64,000 bases of DNA from Phaeosaccion multiseriatum (GCA_965112735.1 OZ218953.1:5332001-5396000), one strand, 5' to 3'; shown: positions 25,424 through 38,220, counted from the stretch's first letter. A program made the numbers and translations. Notes: a model not told the origin generated them from the sequence alone.

Positions 25424-27567
25424 TCAAGGGAGTCCTTCCTTCCACGCCCAACGCTCGTTGGGTGTTTGTTGTCTCTGGGCCATACCCTCCTCCAGCGAGG
25501 TCACAACTCTGGCTCTCTGCCGTGCCCTCCGGCATCGAGCAGATGCTTTGTCACCCTCTCCGCCCTCCCGTCCCTGTATGCCGCTCTGCGTATAGCAGGC
25601 TTGACCGCCTCGAGGGAGAGCTTGTCGCGTGCCTCGCCATGGCACCTCTTCAGCATCTCCAGCCCCATCTCCTGGACTGTTTCGTACTGCCTCGCCTTGA
25701 CACAGGCACGCAGTACCGTGGAGAGACTGGGCAGAGTCGGCGTGAGGCCCTCCTTCTTCATCTCCCTCATGAGATCCAATGCCTCGACGTGTTGACCGGC
25801 CTTGGCGTACACATCAATGGCAGCGGTGAAGCTCCTTACATCCGGAGCGAGCCCTCCTTCCTTCATCTCCCTCAACAAACTCAAAGCATTGACGTGCCCA
25901 CCAGCCTTGGCGCATACAGCAATGGCGGCGTTATAGCTATTATTGGAGCGGGTCCTCCTTCCTTCATCTCCCTCAACGAACTCAAAGCATCAACCTGTTG
26001 ACTAGCCTTGCCGCGCGCATCGATGGCAGCGGTGAAGCTTCTAACATTCGGAGCAGGTCCTCCTTCCTTCATCTCCTCCAACAAACCCAATACCTCCACG
26101 TGTTGACCAGCCTTGGCGTACACATCAATGGCAGCGGTGAAGCTCCTTACATCCGGAGCGAGCCCTCCTTCCTTCATCTCCCTCAACAAACTCAAAGCAT
26201 TGACGTGCCCACCAGCCTTGGCGCATACAGCAATGGCGGCGTTATAGCTAATATTGGAGCGGGTCCTCCTTCCTTCATCTCCCTCAACGAACTCAAAGCA
26301 TCAACCTGTTGACTAGCCTTGCCGCGCGCATCGATGGCAGCGGTGAAGCTTCTAACATTCGGAGCGGGTCCTCCTTCCTTCATCTCCTCCAACAAACCCA
26401 ATACCTCCACGTGTTGACCAGCCTTGGCGCACGCATCGGTGGCAGCGGTGAAGCTCAATACATCCGGAGCGGGTCCTCCTTCCTTCACCTCCCTCAACAA
26501 ACTCAAAGCCTCCACGTGTTCACCAGCCTTGGCACAGGTAGCAATGGCGGTGTTATAGCTAATTACATTCGGAGCGGGTCCTCCTTCCTTCATATCCCTC
26601 AACAAACTGAAAGCATTGGCGTGTTTACTAGCATTGGCGCACGCATCAATGGCAGCGGTGAAGCTCCATACATTCGGAGCGAGTCCTCCTTCCTTCATCT
26701 GCCTCAACAAACTCAAAGCATCGACGTGCCGACCAGCCTTGGCGCATGCAGCAATGGCGGTGGTGAGGTAATTACATCGGGAGCGGGTCCCTCTTTTACC
26801 ATACGCTTCAGCAGCTCCAGAGGTTTGTCGTACTCCCCGCTCTTTATGCAGGCCCTCATCGCAAGACTATAGTGATACCCACTGGGTATCACGCCACCCC
26901 CTTCCATGCCCCTCAGCAGCTCTGTCCGATCTCCTCGACGCGACGCAGAGACCCAATGCCGCCAAGTACAGGTACACATCGCCGGGACGATGTCTCCTGC
27001 CAGTACCTCGGCCCACAGGTCTCATGCCCCGTCCAACCATCCCGCCCGACTACACACCTCGATGGCGGCCGCGGCCGCGACGTTTCAGGTATCGGCCGGC
27101 CTCCAAGCCGTACTCGACCGCCCTTCCCACCAGTCGCAGGGCTTTTCAGGCTGGCTAGCTCTGCCCACAGCGGCGATAGCAGCGCTCAAGTTGTGATGGT
27201 TGGGCGGCAGCCCCTGTGCTTGCATGTCCTTCAGAAGCTGCAGTGCCTGGTCTGCCCTCCCCCTGAAGCCGCATGCCGCAGTCGCAGCCGAGTACGTCCG
27301 CGAGTCCGGCTGCAATCCCGCGGCAGGCATCTCCCGAAGGAAACCCATGGCTTCATCGCATCTCCGAGCCCGACCACAAGCGGCAATGGCGACGTTGTAG
27401 TGGAGAACGTTTGGCATCAACGCTCCATGCTTCTGCGTCTCAATCTCCCTCAGCAGAGTGAGCGTCTCCTCCCACCGGCCGCAGTGGCCGAATGCCTCCA
27501 TAACTGCGCCCAGAAGAGGAGCGTCAATGGGCAGTGGCGATCGCACCGCCGTAGCTACGACCACACT
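25424..27567 (-). pseudogene. pentatricopeptide-repeat (PPR) protein pseudogene
   Basis: 35-aa PPR motifs (ALSLLREMKEGGLAPDVRSFTAAIDACAKAGQ) spread over several frames with frameshifts; the 5' end abuts the Gypsy fragment. Confidence 0.85.
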
Positions 27568-30500
27568 GAGGCAACAAGGCGCAAAGGGTGCTTTTGTGAA
27601 TGACTTTTGCAACAAGTTGATAGACAAAGGCCTGGGTTATAGCAACCCGCAGAGCGCTCATGGCAGCCCGGCGTTTGCAGTGGGCAAACCCGGCAAGCCA
27701 GGCAAGTACCGTAATCGTCTGCGACTTTCGAGAAGTCAATGAAAAGGTACAGAGGGTCGATTTTGGATGATGAACATTGATGAGCTATGGCTTCCATGTT
27801 GGGTTGCCTATGGTTCATCGAGATAGATGGGGTTGACATGTATTGGCAATTCCCACTAGGCAAGCTGAGCCAAGTTGCTCACACCTATATATTCCCAAAT
27901 GGCAAAGTGACGCCAACTCGAGTGCCCCAGGGGGCTAAGAACTCGGGCGCTTACGTCCAAGGCCAGATGACCCACCTCTTTCGCAAAGAGTTGTGCAAGA
28001 CCCACGCCGTCTACATCGACAACGTAGCGTACTGAACATGGTGCGCCTCACTCGATTAACGATGGAGCGCCTCCACAGCGGCAACATCAAGATAGGGTTG
28101 AGCTCGTTCCGCTTCGGTAGCGAGCTCAAGTTCCTTGGCCGCGTTCACGACCGACGCGGCACACGACATGACCCCGCCAGAGTGCAGGGCCTGACCAGTC
28201 TCGCGGCCCCAGAGACGGCTGGAGACTTGATGACTTTCCTCTGCAGTCTGCAGCAGTGGTTTCATCGATGCATCAAGGACTTCGCTAAGCTAGTGGGTCC
28301 TTTGACCGCGCTGTTGAACAAAGCCCTCGGGCAGGCTAACGCTAAGCCTCATCAGCACAAGCGCTCCAAGGCAGTGGCTAAGACGATTCCGTTGGCTTCT
28401 GTGGGGTGGAACACAGAGCACGACGACGCTTTCTTCCAGATTAAGCGCGTCCTTGCACAGAACCCGGTGCTGTCGCACCCAGATCCAACCAAACTGGCAC
28501 TGGTATTCCCAGATGCTAGTGACCTCTACTGGGGATGTATGATTACATACATCGACCCCAAAGAGCTGTGCCTTCCGGCACATAAGATGAACCACATCCC
28601 GGTGGCCTTCGGCTCAGGCGCTTTTGAAGGCGCAGAGCTGAGGCGAGCCACCATAGACAAGGAAGGAGACGCGACACTCCGAGGCTTGATCCAGAACGAG
28701 TACGCCTTGGTCGGGGCACAGAAAGTGCACATCTTTTGCGACCATCGCAACCTGGCGTTCATGATGAGCAACGACAGCAAGTACCCCGGCATGACTAAGC
28801 CTATGAGGGACAGGCTGCAGCGTCAGGCCGTGCGCCTTCAGAGCTTTGACTACGTCATTGTCCACTTCCCTGGTCATCTCCATGATTGGGCCGACCCCAT
28901 TAGCAGGCGGTACACGCACCCGGTGAGCCTCACCCCTAGTGTGCTCGCCTTGGGCAAGTTTGGGCCCATGCAAGTGTTCGACACTATGTGTGACGACTTC
29001 ACTTGGCCCTCCAAGACTGAGATTGCCAGTCTGCAGGCGGACGCTCTTCAGGAGCTCCAGCAGGCTAGCAAGGAGGTGGGAGAGAACGGGCGCCGCCTGC
29101 TCCTCTCATCAGTTGGCGACGACGGGTTGATTCGAGCGTGCCATCCGACGAGCAACCCCGCTGACAGCACCCGCATTTGGATTCCCTTGGTGGGAGCCAA
29201 GGCGGAGGATATGCACCTGAGACTGTGTGTAACTGGCCATCAGGGTATGATGGGCCATCAGGGAGAGACAAGCACCTTGAGTGCTATTAGGGAGAAGTTC
29301 ATCTGGCACTCGCTAGACAAGGGCGTACGAAGCCTCGTTCAGAACTGTCTCCACTGCCTCACCAACAGCAAGGGCGAGAGAGTGCCTCGTCCCCTGCTAG
29401 CTCAATGGCACGCTACTGAACCCCAGCAGTTTATTTAACATCTGGTTTGACTTCGTCAAGATTGGCGATGGAGTCATATGGGCAGAGTCCCCAGAAGGGT
29501 TCATGAAGCTTCACGTGAAGCAAGTGCTGTGCATCTTGTCTTGCTATTGTCAATGTATGAGCCATGCTTGGAAGCTACTGCACGAGTGTGTGCACGCGGT
29601 CTATTGCGCTGGTTCGCACAGCATGGCGTAGTGCCCAGGTGGCAGAGGACCGAGGCAGTCATTTCTTAAATGAAGTGATACGTGAGCTAAGTCAGCTCTT
29701 GCGGTGCAACCACCACTTTGTGGTGGCACACAACCCATATAGTCGAGGATTGGGCGAGCGTGGGGTACAGACACTGCAGAAGATCATGAGATCAATGATG
29801 TCTGAGCTACGGCAGCCGCCCGAGACATGGCCGCAGCTACTGCCAGTGATGGAGGCTGTTGAGAACAGCTCCAACAAGAGCAGTCGGTCTAACCTGTCTC
29901 CCATCCAGCTGCACAGTGGTCACGTGCCACAGCGGCCTCTCGACACGATTTTGATCCACGACGCGGATCGACTGCAAAAGGTTCGGCTACTGCAGCTGAT
30001 CCCGGCGCAGAGAGACACCCTTGCGACACAACTCCATCAGAGGAAGGAGGGGCAGCGTGCCGAGGCGGCGCGCCAACTGACTGCCCTCCGCGATCACAAG
30101 CGCGATGGTATCAAGCAGAGGTTGATGAGTGGCAGACGTGGTGCAGAGCATCGTCGGGACTTGGCCAGAGCTAAGCAGCTCAACAGCGAGACGCTGTTTC
30201 AGGTCGGAGTCTATGTACTCGTGGCAACAGCCAGTAGGGCCCACAAGCAAGATACTAGGCAAGTGGCATGGGCCCTGCCGAGTGCTTGAAGCCCTTGAAC
30301 AACACGTGTACAAGGTGGAGGAGCTTGTGGGCAAGAAGCGTACCTATGAGGTACACGTCAGCCGGCTCCGCTACTATTGCGGTGCTCACGTTAACGTCAC
30401 CACCGACGTACTTCAACAGATTTCGTGTAACACCCAAGACTTTGTGGTGGAGGCCTTTGAAGGCCTCGTCAAGCACGCAAATGATTCATGGCATGTCATT

Positions 30501-30776
30501 GTTAAGTGGCGTGGCTTTGACGCCCTCGAGAATAGCGAGGAGCCCATCGAGGCACTGCACGAAGATACTCCACGCTTACTGGGGGCCTACCTGCAGAACC
30601 ATCAGGACAAGCAGTTGATCAGCGCAGTCCGAGCCTATCTGCGCAAGACTGCGGTGCGATCGGCTGCCAAGCCGCCGCGCTCCGGGCGCACACGGAGCGA
30701 AGAGGACACAAACTAGATAGACACATTTGTGTTCTAAGTCGGCTCGATGTGTGGTTTCCGGTCACACATTCTGGGG

Positions 30777-31401
30777 TATAATAAGAATGTCGGTTTCCTA
30801 GGCACGTCCCACGTCGGGATCAACGGCTCTGGAGTTTCACCCTCCTCTTTGTGGGCACAAGCTTTGCATCAGCGAGGAGTAGAAAGACATTATCAATACG
30901 GACACTGACGCCCCACCATAGGCGCAGCATATACTTGGTCCAAACCCCTTAACGTCTCTACTATCTCAGCCACAACTGTCGCAAGGTGCTGCTCCGAGTG
31001 ATTCTAGGGTTTGCTGACTGTTGGGCATTTGTTTTGTTTTTGCCTCGTTTGGTGGGACTAGATCCACCAGGCTGTTCTACGCGCAGCCCCCGAGGGTCGG
31101 CCCCCCGCGGGGCTTCTCGGCGCCGGGCGCCCGATAAGCAGAAGCCTGAGGCGGCCTGCGGCCGAAAGCAAGAAGCCCAGGGCTGGCCTGCGGCCAGAAG
31201 CCTGCAGGAAAGTAGCGAGAAGCCCAAGTCTCCCATTTTTTTTCCCAGCCTGAGAAGCCCGAAGCCCAGATGCGGCCAGAAGCCAGAAGCCAGGATGTGA
31301 GAAGCCCGAAGCCTGGAGCCCGGAGCCCGAGAAGCCCCGCGGGGGGCCGACGAGGGGCTGCCATGTGGTGCCCCCAGTGTTCGCGTAGACGACGCGTGAC
31401 A
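30777..31401 (+). repeat. 3' LTR of the Gypsy element (about 365 bp after removing the nested MITE)
   Basis: Follows a GGGG purine tract and ends GTGACA; shares caccctc..tttg, aatacggaca and gtccaaacccc with the solo LTR at 40629-40980. Confidence 0.55.
31097..31350. mobile_element. MITE family B, TIR TCGGCCCCCCGCGGGGCTTCTCGG, 6-bp TSD CGAGGG
   Basis: 24-bp perfect TIRs; CGAGGG at 31091-31096 and 31351-31356; internal GAAGCC repeats. Confidence 0.88.
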
Positions 31402-31551
31402 CGCTGCCCTGGTGCTGGGGGTTGGCATGTTAGAGTTCGTTTGCCAACCTGTAAGTATTACGTATTTTACGTATGGCCCCAGGGGGCGGAGGGCCAGCCG
31501 AATTGGAGAGCTGCTACCAAAAGTAAGAGTAAAACCTGGGTGGGCGGACAC

Positions 31552-31924
31552 TCGACCCCTGACACGCTATCCGCTAACGCTATCGCCGGCGCCAGCCGGC
31601 ACGCTATCCGCTATCTCCGGCGCGCTATCCGCTATCGCCGGCGCAGCCGGCTCGCTATCCGCTATCGCCGGCGCCAGCCGGCGCGCTATCCGCTATCGCC
31701 AGCGTCAGCTGCTACCGCACCGGGGGGGGGGGGGGGGGGAGAGCTGACGCCAGCCGGCGCGCTATCCGCTATCGGCCGGCGCCAGCCGGCACGCTATCCG
31801 CTATCGGCCGGCGCCAGCCGGCACGCTATCCGCTATTGGCCGGCGGCCGATAGCGCGCTACCGGGCCCGCCGGGGCGCGATAGCGCGCTATCGAGAATGT
31901 GAGCGATAGCGTGTCAGGGGTCGA
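31552..31924. mobile_element. MITE family A, full copy, TIR TCGACCCCTGACACGCTATC, 6-bp TSD GGACAC
   Basis: 20-bp perfect TIRs; GGACAC at 31546-31551 and 31925-31930; internal GCTATCCGCTATCGCCGGCGCCAGCCGG repeats. Confidence 0.9.
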
Positions 31925-32416
31925 GGACACACCCGTTTTGCGGACAGGGCCTACCCCCCCCACCCCCCCCACCCCCTTTTTCTTCTTTAGCCACTACTGG
32001 CGCCGTACTTGTCTCCCTGTCTTGGCCCTGCCTCTTACGAACACATTGCCACCTTTAGAAGTCGGGAGTAGGTTACTAAGGGAAAATAGAGAAAAGGAAC
32101 ATGGAAAAGATGTTACTTTTAGAAACTTACGTAAGTGCGTCGCATACTTACGTAAGTACGTCACATCCTTCCGTGAATTGGTTGTCTGTCCGCTGGGAAA
32201 ATTAGCCCCCCCCCGCGATCCCCCCGCCCCCCTTTTTCCACTTTCCAGAGGTGCGTGTGAATTTCTGCTCAGCGTCCAGAGTAGCCATAGTAAGGGAGGC
32301 ACAATAAAGCCATCGGAACCTCAAACAACCTGTATCCTTCAGAGTTAGCAGCAAAACCGATTAGCTGTCCGTTCACCCAGGTATCTTAATTTAATTTTCC
32401 AGGACTTGGAGCGCTC

Positions 32417-34170
32417 ATGAAGGGCGATGGTCAAGAGGTTGACCCCTGGGCTGCGGCCATGGAGGTAACTACGGAGCAGTAGGGGTGCTAACAGACGCAC
32501 TGAATTTTCTTGACTCTCCGCATAAACGGGCCCCAGGGTGGAGATTTGATCATGGCTGTTGAGGGGGGGGGGCGGGGGGGAGCGGGGGAGGGGGGGAGCG
32601 GGGGAGGGGAGGACAGGAAGGGTGCTTCTGCGCTAGATCTTCGATGCAAATGCTGCATGCGCCGCGTTGCTTTGGCTTGAGCGTTTCGATGAGAGGAGTA
32701 CGGAGTCTGGTGTGGGTTGCTGGGTGGATGCGAGGGAAAGGCTTGCGCTTAGAGTGAGGGGGCTCGTAGAGTTGCTGGTTTGGCCTTTGCAATTGCTCCT
32801 CCCCCCCCCCCGACATCATGCAAGTTGTGCGAATGGAGGGCACCCACATGAATGGGGCACATAGGGTCTGTTGGCGGAGAGTATTTTGCCAGTTTGCCCT
32901 GACCGGATTGCTTCTTCTTCTCCCCCTTCTCCCTCTTTGGTTCACCCCTTCAACATAGTGACCCTCCTTATCCGCCCGTGCTGCTGCTGCTTGATGCTGC
33001 TGCTTCTGCTTGCTTCCTGCCGGTTGCCCTCGTTTCTTGCCGTACCTCGTGGGTGCTCTTGGTGTGCTTTCCTCCCTGCCCTCCTGCATGTGCCAAACGC
33101 CCCCCCCCCCCCACGCTACAGGGAGACCTGGAAGCCCTGTTGACGTACATCGAGGATGGCGGCGACGTGAACAAGGCCGACAGGGACAACAACACCCCAC
33201 TGCACTGGGCCTGTCAGGTTAGTCACCGGGGCGTTGGGACGGAGGAAGAGTGGGCGACCGTTGTGCCCACTCTCTCGTTGTTGGACACAAGAGGGAGGGA
33301 AACGAAGGAGACTGGCGATTGGCGATGCAGAGGTTGAGTGGAGTGAGCGACGTGTTGCAATTTGTGTGTGTGTTGTGTGTTTTCGGATTTTGGCTGTGCT
33401 CCACTACTCTGGAAACATGCCCTCGGCTGCTGCGTTTCACTCGGCCCATAGCCTGCGCAATGCCAGTGTCTGCCAGTGTCAGTGGACTGAAGTCAAAGAT
33501 GGTTTCCTTTCTGACTTCGCATTCACTGCTTCCCCCCCTCCCTCCTCTTTCCTCTGTCACATCCATCACCTTGCCCATGGACTGCCATTCCCACACACAC
33601 CAACCCTATTAGGAGAACCACTACGACATCCTCTCTTTTCTCATGTCCAGAGGTGCCGTCGTGGACCCCGTCAACGACCTCCACAGCACGCCTCTGCACT
33701 ACGCTTGCAAAGAGGGCAACCTCGACATTGTGAGCGGACTCATCAACTTCCAGGCCAGTCTGGAGGCCCGCACCAGGTACTGCTACGCTTCTATGGCCTT
33801 GTTGCTTGCTTTTGTTCTTTGCAAGCTATTTGCTTGCTTGCTGCTATAGTTGGATCGATATCCACACCTTGTGCTCTCCCGGTTGGCCCTTCTCACGCAC
33901 CACCGGCTCTCCCCCTCTCCCTTCCGTTCGCTCTTGTCGATTTATCGACACAGGGACAATCTGGGTCCCCTGCATGTGGCTGCGGGCCTCGGCCACACGC
34001 AGGTGGTGGAGGCCCTCATCTCGCACGGGGCCATGATCGAGGCCGAGGATAACGCCAAATACACCCCTCTGTGGCGCGCGTCCTACTACGGACATCCCGA
34101 GACCACGGACCTCCTCATTGCCAAGGGAGCCAACCCCAAGGCCACCAACAGAAAGGTAAGAGGTTGTATA

Positions 34171-34211
<41 letters not shown>

Positions 34212-35540
34212 AGGCGGACAGACCCTTCGACCGAGATACATTTGACACTGCAGGCAGACCTCTTGGCACAACTACAACAAACTAACCTCTCTCCCCGTCC
34301 CCCTCCTATTCGCGTCTCCCGTCTGCCTGCCCTTCTTGTCCGTCCGTCTGCCCCGTCTGCCTGCTTGTGACTCTCTGCATCTCTCCGCCTGCACCTTCCT
34401 CTCTCTGTCTGCCTACAGGGGCGCACCCCCGGTGAGGTGTTCGACCCTAAGGTGGCCGATGACATCAGGCTGAGGATCCGCGATATGCTCGGAGTCTCCA
34501 AGCCGGTCATGACCGAGACTGGTGAGTGTAAGGGTTTGGGGCCAGGGTTAGGGTTAGGGTTATGGCTGGTGTTAAGGGTCAATAAGGTTGGCGGTTCAGT
34601 AGGAAGGGTGAGGATGAAATACAGGAAGGCATTGTTTGACTCTGCCTTGCCTTCGTGCTTGACTTGCCCACTTGCCCTGCATTCCCTCGCTCTCGTCCGC
34701 TCCTCCCTCTGTCTTTCTAACATCTGCCCTCCCCAAATCTGCTCTGCGCGTGGTCTGCCCCGTCCTTCCTGTTGTCTTTGTTTGTGTCTTCGCACTCATA
34801 TCTCTCCTCTCCTGCGTCTTTGAATCTATTCTTTTGGTGTTGTGTCTTGGCATGTGCGGCGGGCCTAGCAGTTGGAAGGAAGAGCAGCGTCAACGGGGGC
34901 ATGGTGGTTGGCAAGGATGGAGCCGTTACCGAGGAGGACAAGCGTGTTGCCGCTGGTGGTGTCTATGGTTTTCTAAAAGTAATGGCTCAGGGTCACAGAT
35001 GTTTGCGGATCATCAACTGGGGCGCCAACGAAGGAAATCTGGGGGAGAAACTAAAGAAGGAGTGAGTTGGTCTGGAGCTAAGGAGGATAAGTCCCTGCTG
35101 TCAATTCCCGGACTGTCATCGAAGACCGGCTTGTTATCGGGAGGCTGTCATAGGAAAAGCCGCATCAAAAACTTCGATTGGGGGATGTTTGGATGCTCAG
35201 GAACAAAAGGTGTGATATATAGCAACTGTCTTGCCGGGTAGGCCGGGTAGTGTGCGCATCCGTCATCTCCCTTACTGGGACAATACAAGGAGTTGAACAA
35301 ATTGTGGAATGGATTGGACGGGCTGAACCAAGGGACAAGAGAGGTTGCTACGGCCTGCACCGTGTCTTGCTCTGATGCCACTCTTATCTGCAGAGTGGAC
35401 AATCTCAAGCACATAAAGCACCAGATCGAGGCGGAGGGCATGTCTCCCAACGTGACCAAGCACCCTCAGGGCATGACACCGCTCCACACGTGTGCCCTTT
35501 GGAACAGCGTGGAGTGCGTGCGGTTGCTCATCTCGAAAGG
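32417..35540 (+). CDS. ankyrin-repeat protein (multi-exon; 3' end unresolved)
   Basis: Exons give DPWAAAME/GDLEALL..DVNKADRDNNTPLHWACQ, STPLHYACKEGNLDIV, GPLHVAAGLGH, TPLWRASYYGH, GMTPLHTCALWNSVECVRLLISK. Confidence 0.85.
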
Positions 35541-36902
35541 TACGAGAGCGAATCATGAGGGAAGGGTTGCTTCCGCCTTCGCCTCGCCGCGACTGTATGA
35601 GCCCTCTGCAATGCTCCCTTCCTGAGACGGAGGGAGAGGGGGGGGGGGGAGATAATCGGTCAGTCGCGCGGGGTTTAAAACGTCGAGGCGTGGGGGGAAA
35701 GGTAGAGGTCCACGGGGGAACAAAGCAACTGCCCGCACCCTGCAGCCACTCAACGCGCTCAGCCGGACATCCACGTGCCTTGCGGTGGGTCTTCACGATG
35801 CCTTCTCATCTGCTGGAGCTAGTGTACGAGTCCAGCAGCAGGGGGGTGGGCGCTGTGAAGTTGCTCTTTCGAAGCAGCTTGGTGGCGCTGTGGGCGGCGG
35901 GGAGCGCCCCGCCTTGAGCCCGAGGAGCTTCCTTCTGGTGGATACTAACAACGGCAGACTGCAAGAGGTGGGGTTGGAGGCGGGAAGGCGGAAGAGAGGG
36001 TGAGGGCTTGAGACTGCAACAAGTGAGTTTGGAGGCGGAAAGCACGAAGGGGAGGTTGTTGCATCTTCACCCTTAAGCACAGGAAGGGAGAGGATAGACT
36101 AGAAGATGTGATGGTTGAGCCGAGAAGGGAGATGGGGGAAGGTGCGGAGGAGACAGAGAGGGGGGGCAGGAAAGAAGCCCTCTTTTGTAGTCACGGAAAG
36201 AGCATCAGAGCGCCGCCTCACTGGCCCCTTCTCCCTCCCCCCCTCCCTCCCCCTCTGCGGCGGTGCACTGCTCGTGCCCACCCAGGCCTTGCCCTCTCTC
36301 GGAACACCACAACTTCTGAACAAGAAGGGCGTGGTAGTCGGTCTCGAGACCGAAATTCGCATCTTTGACATGGACGAAGAAAGGTGAGCGTGCGCGTATC
36401 AGGGGCAGGCTCAAGTTCAGTTTCATGTTCAGCTCAGCCGCCCCTCTGCACAGCTGGGTGTCTACCGCGGCGTCCATCAGCCTGTGCGTGCTCGTCACGG
36501 AGAGGGATGGGGGGGGGGGGGGGACGGCGGGGGGGGGGCGGTCGGGACGGAGGGGGGCAGGACTGGCTCGTTGGAAGTAGACCGGCCTTGGCCACTCTGT
36601 GTGCTCTCCCTCCACCTTTTCTCCTTGGGCCAAGGGAGATCATGCGCCCTGCGATCTGTGCGTGCTTCCTGCGCTGGTCTGGCCTTGACCCAGGCTATAC
36701 ACCCCCCTCGTGGCCGGCACGGACTGTTCAAGACCCTTCTCGCCTCTTCCCTGCCTCTCCCCCTTTACGCTGTGATATGCTTTTCTTCGCCTCACCTGTG
36801 CGCGTCTCACCAATTTCTCTCTATTTCTCTGTCTCTATCTCTGTGTCTGCCTCTGTCTCTCTCCGTCCCCCCCCCTCTCTCTCCCTCTCTCTCTTCTCCC
36901 TC

Positions 36903-37129
36903 TGAGCAGCTTGGGGTGTTGGGGCGGTGCTTTGAGGGAGTCCTTCCTTCGATGCTCTCTGCTCGCTTGCATGTTGCTGGGTCTTCCCCTCCTCCAGCGA
37001 GGTCTCGCTCGGGTGCCTCGCCATGGCCCCTCTTCAGCATCTCCAGCGCCACCTCCTGGACTGTTCGGACAGCCTTGCTCAGTACAGGCACACTGTATCG
37101 TGGAGACTGCGGGCAGAGTCGGTGTGAGG
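36903..37129 (-). pseudogene. displaced, internally deleted fragment of the PPR gene 3' end
   Basis: Shares ctgagcagc..ggggcggtgctt..agggagtccttccttc, ccctcctccagcgaggtc, gtgcctcgccatggc.cctcttcagcatctccagc and gggcagagtcgg.gtgaggc with 25399-25748. Confidence 0.8.
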
Positions 37130-38178
37130 CGCGAAAAGACCAAGCGGCGACGGCGGCCGAGGCGAGGGAGCTGCGGAGGCAATTGGAGGAGTGCAATCGA
37201 GAAGACAATCGCTCCGGAGGGGAAGAAGGGGGCGAGGAGGAGGAGGGGGCGAGGGGCGGCGCGGGGAGGAGGGCGGCACTGGAGGAGGCGGAGAAGGAGG
37301 CGAGGAGGCTTAGGAACGAACTGAGCGAAATGCAAAGGAAGACTCGACGGCTGGAGCGAGACAAGCAGGAGATGGAGGTACGGCACTGCAGAATAGGGAG
37401 AGAGTGGAGCGGAATGCGGTACTCCAGTGCTGGGAAGGGGGCGCTTTGAATGCGCTTCTTTCTGTGTCGATGACTCCCCAATAATGTCATTTTCCCTCTG
37501 TGTTTATAGCGCAGGTCTATACATGCCTCCACTAATGCGTGACGCACACCAGAACCCCTGACTCTCTCTTCTCTCTTATTCTCTCTCCCTCCCCCCCCTC
37601 GGACTCTCTCCCCCCTCTCTCTTACTGGCTGACAGGCCCTGCGGAAGGAGAACGGACGCCTGCAGAGCCAGCTTGAGGACGCCGCGCGGAAACTGAACCT
37701 CTCCGAGAAAAGCCTGCAGGAAAACTCAGCAGAAATCGCTCGTCAATCGTCCCTGACAGAGGAGAAGTCCGCATGGGATGCCGTGTGGGGCCAGATCGTC
37801 GGGGAGGAGCGGCGCCTGGCAGGGCAGCGGGGAGGAGGGGCGGGGCTTGACCCCGAAATTGACTTGCTCCCTAAAACTGTCACGCCCATCGCCGCCATGC
37901 GGCTACTGCGGTCGAATCAAGAGAAGCGTGGGGTCTTGCTGAGCAAATTCGGGGAGCTTGAGGGCAAGTGCAAGGAGGGACTGGCAAACCTGCAGAGGGC
38001 GCGGCAGGAGGCACGGGTAGAAGGCAGCAGACGGGCCGCCTTGGAAGAGGTGCGTGGAGCGGGTGTGGGTCGGGGTGGGTGGGTTGGGGGAGGGGCGGGG
38101 GTTGAAGCAGTATCGAAGAGAGCGGAGTAGAGAGAGAGGCCAATAGGAGAGGAAGGTGTTCGTGTGGGAGGCGGGGAG

Positions 38179-38220
<42 letters not shown>

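Larger units (their letters stand above)
27570..31401 (+). mobile_element. 5'-truncated Ty3/Gypsy chromodomain LTR retrotransposon (RT-RNase H-integrase-chromodomain + 3' LTR), degenerate
   Basis: RT: SPAFAVGK, RVPQGAKNS, YIDN (decayed YIDD), FLG. RNase H: DAS, DHRNL. Integrase: HH-CC and DRGSHF. Chromodomain: VIVKWRGF...SEEP. Multiple stops and frameshifts; no gag or 5' LTR. Confidence 0.92.

Noticed and set aside
34545-34562. TTAGGG telomere-like repeats
   Set aside because: Only about 3 units inside an intron; too short to call an interstitial telomere.
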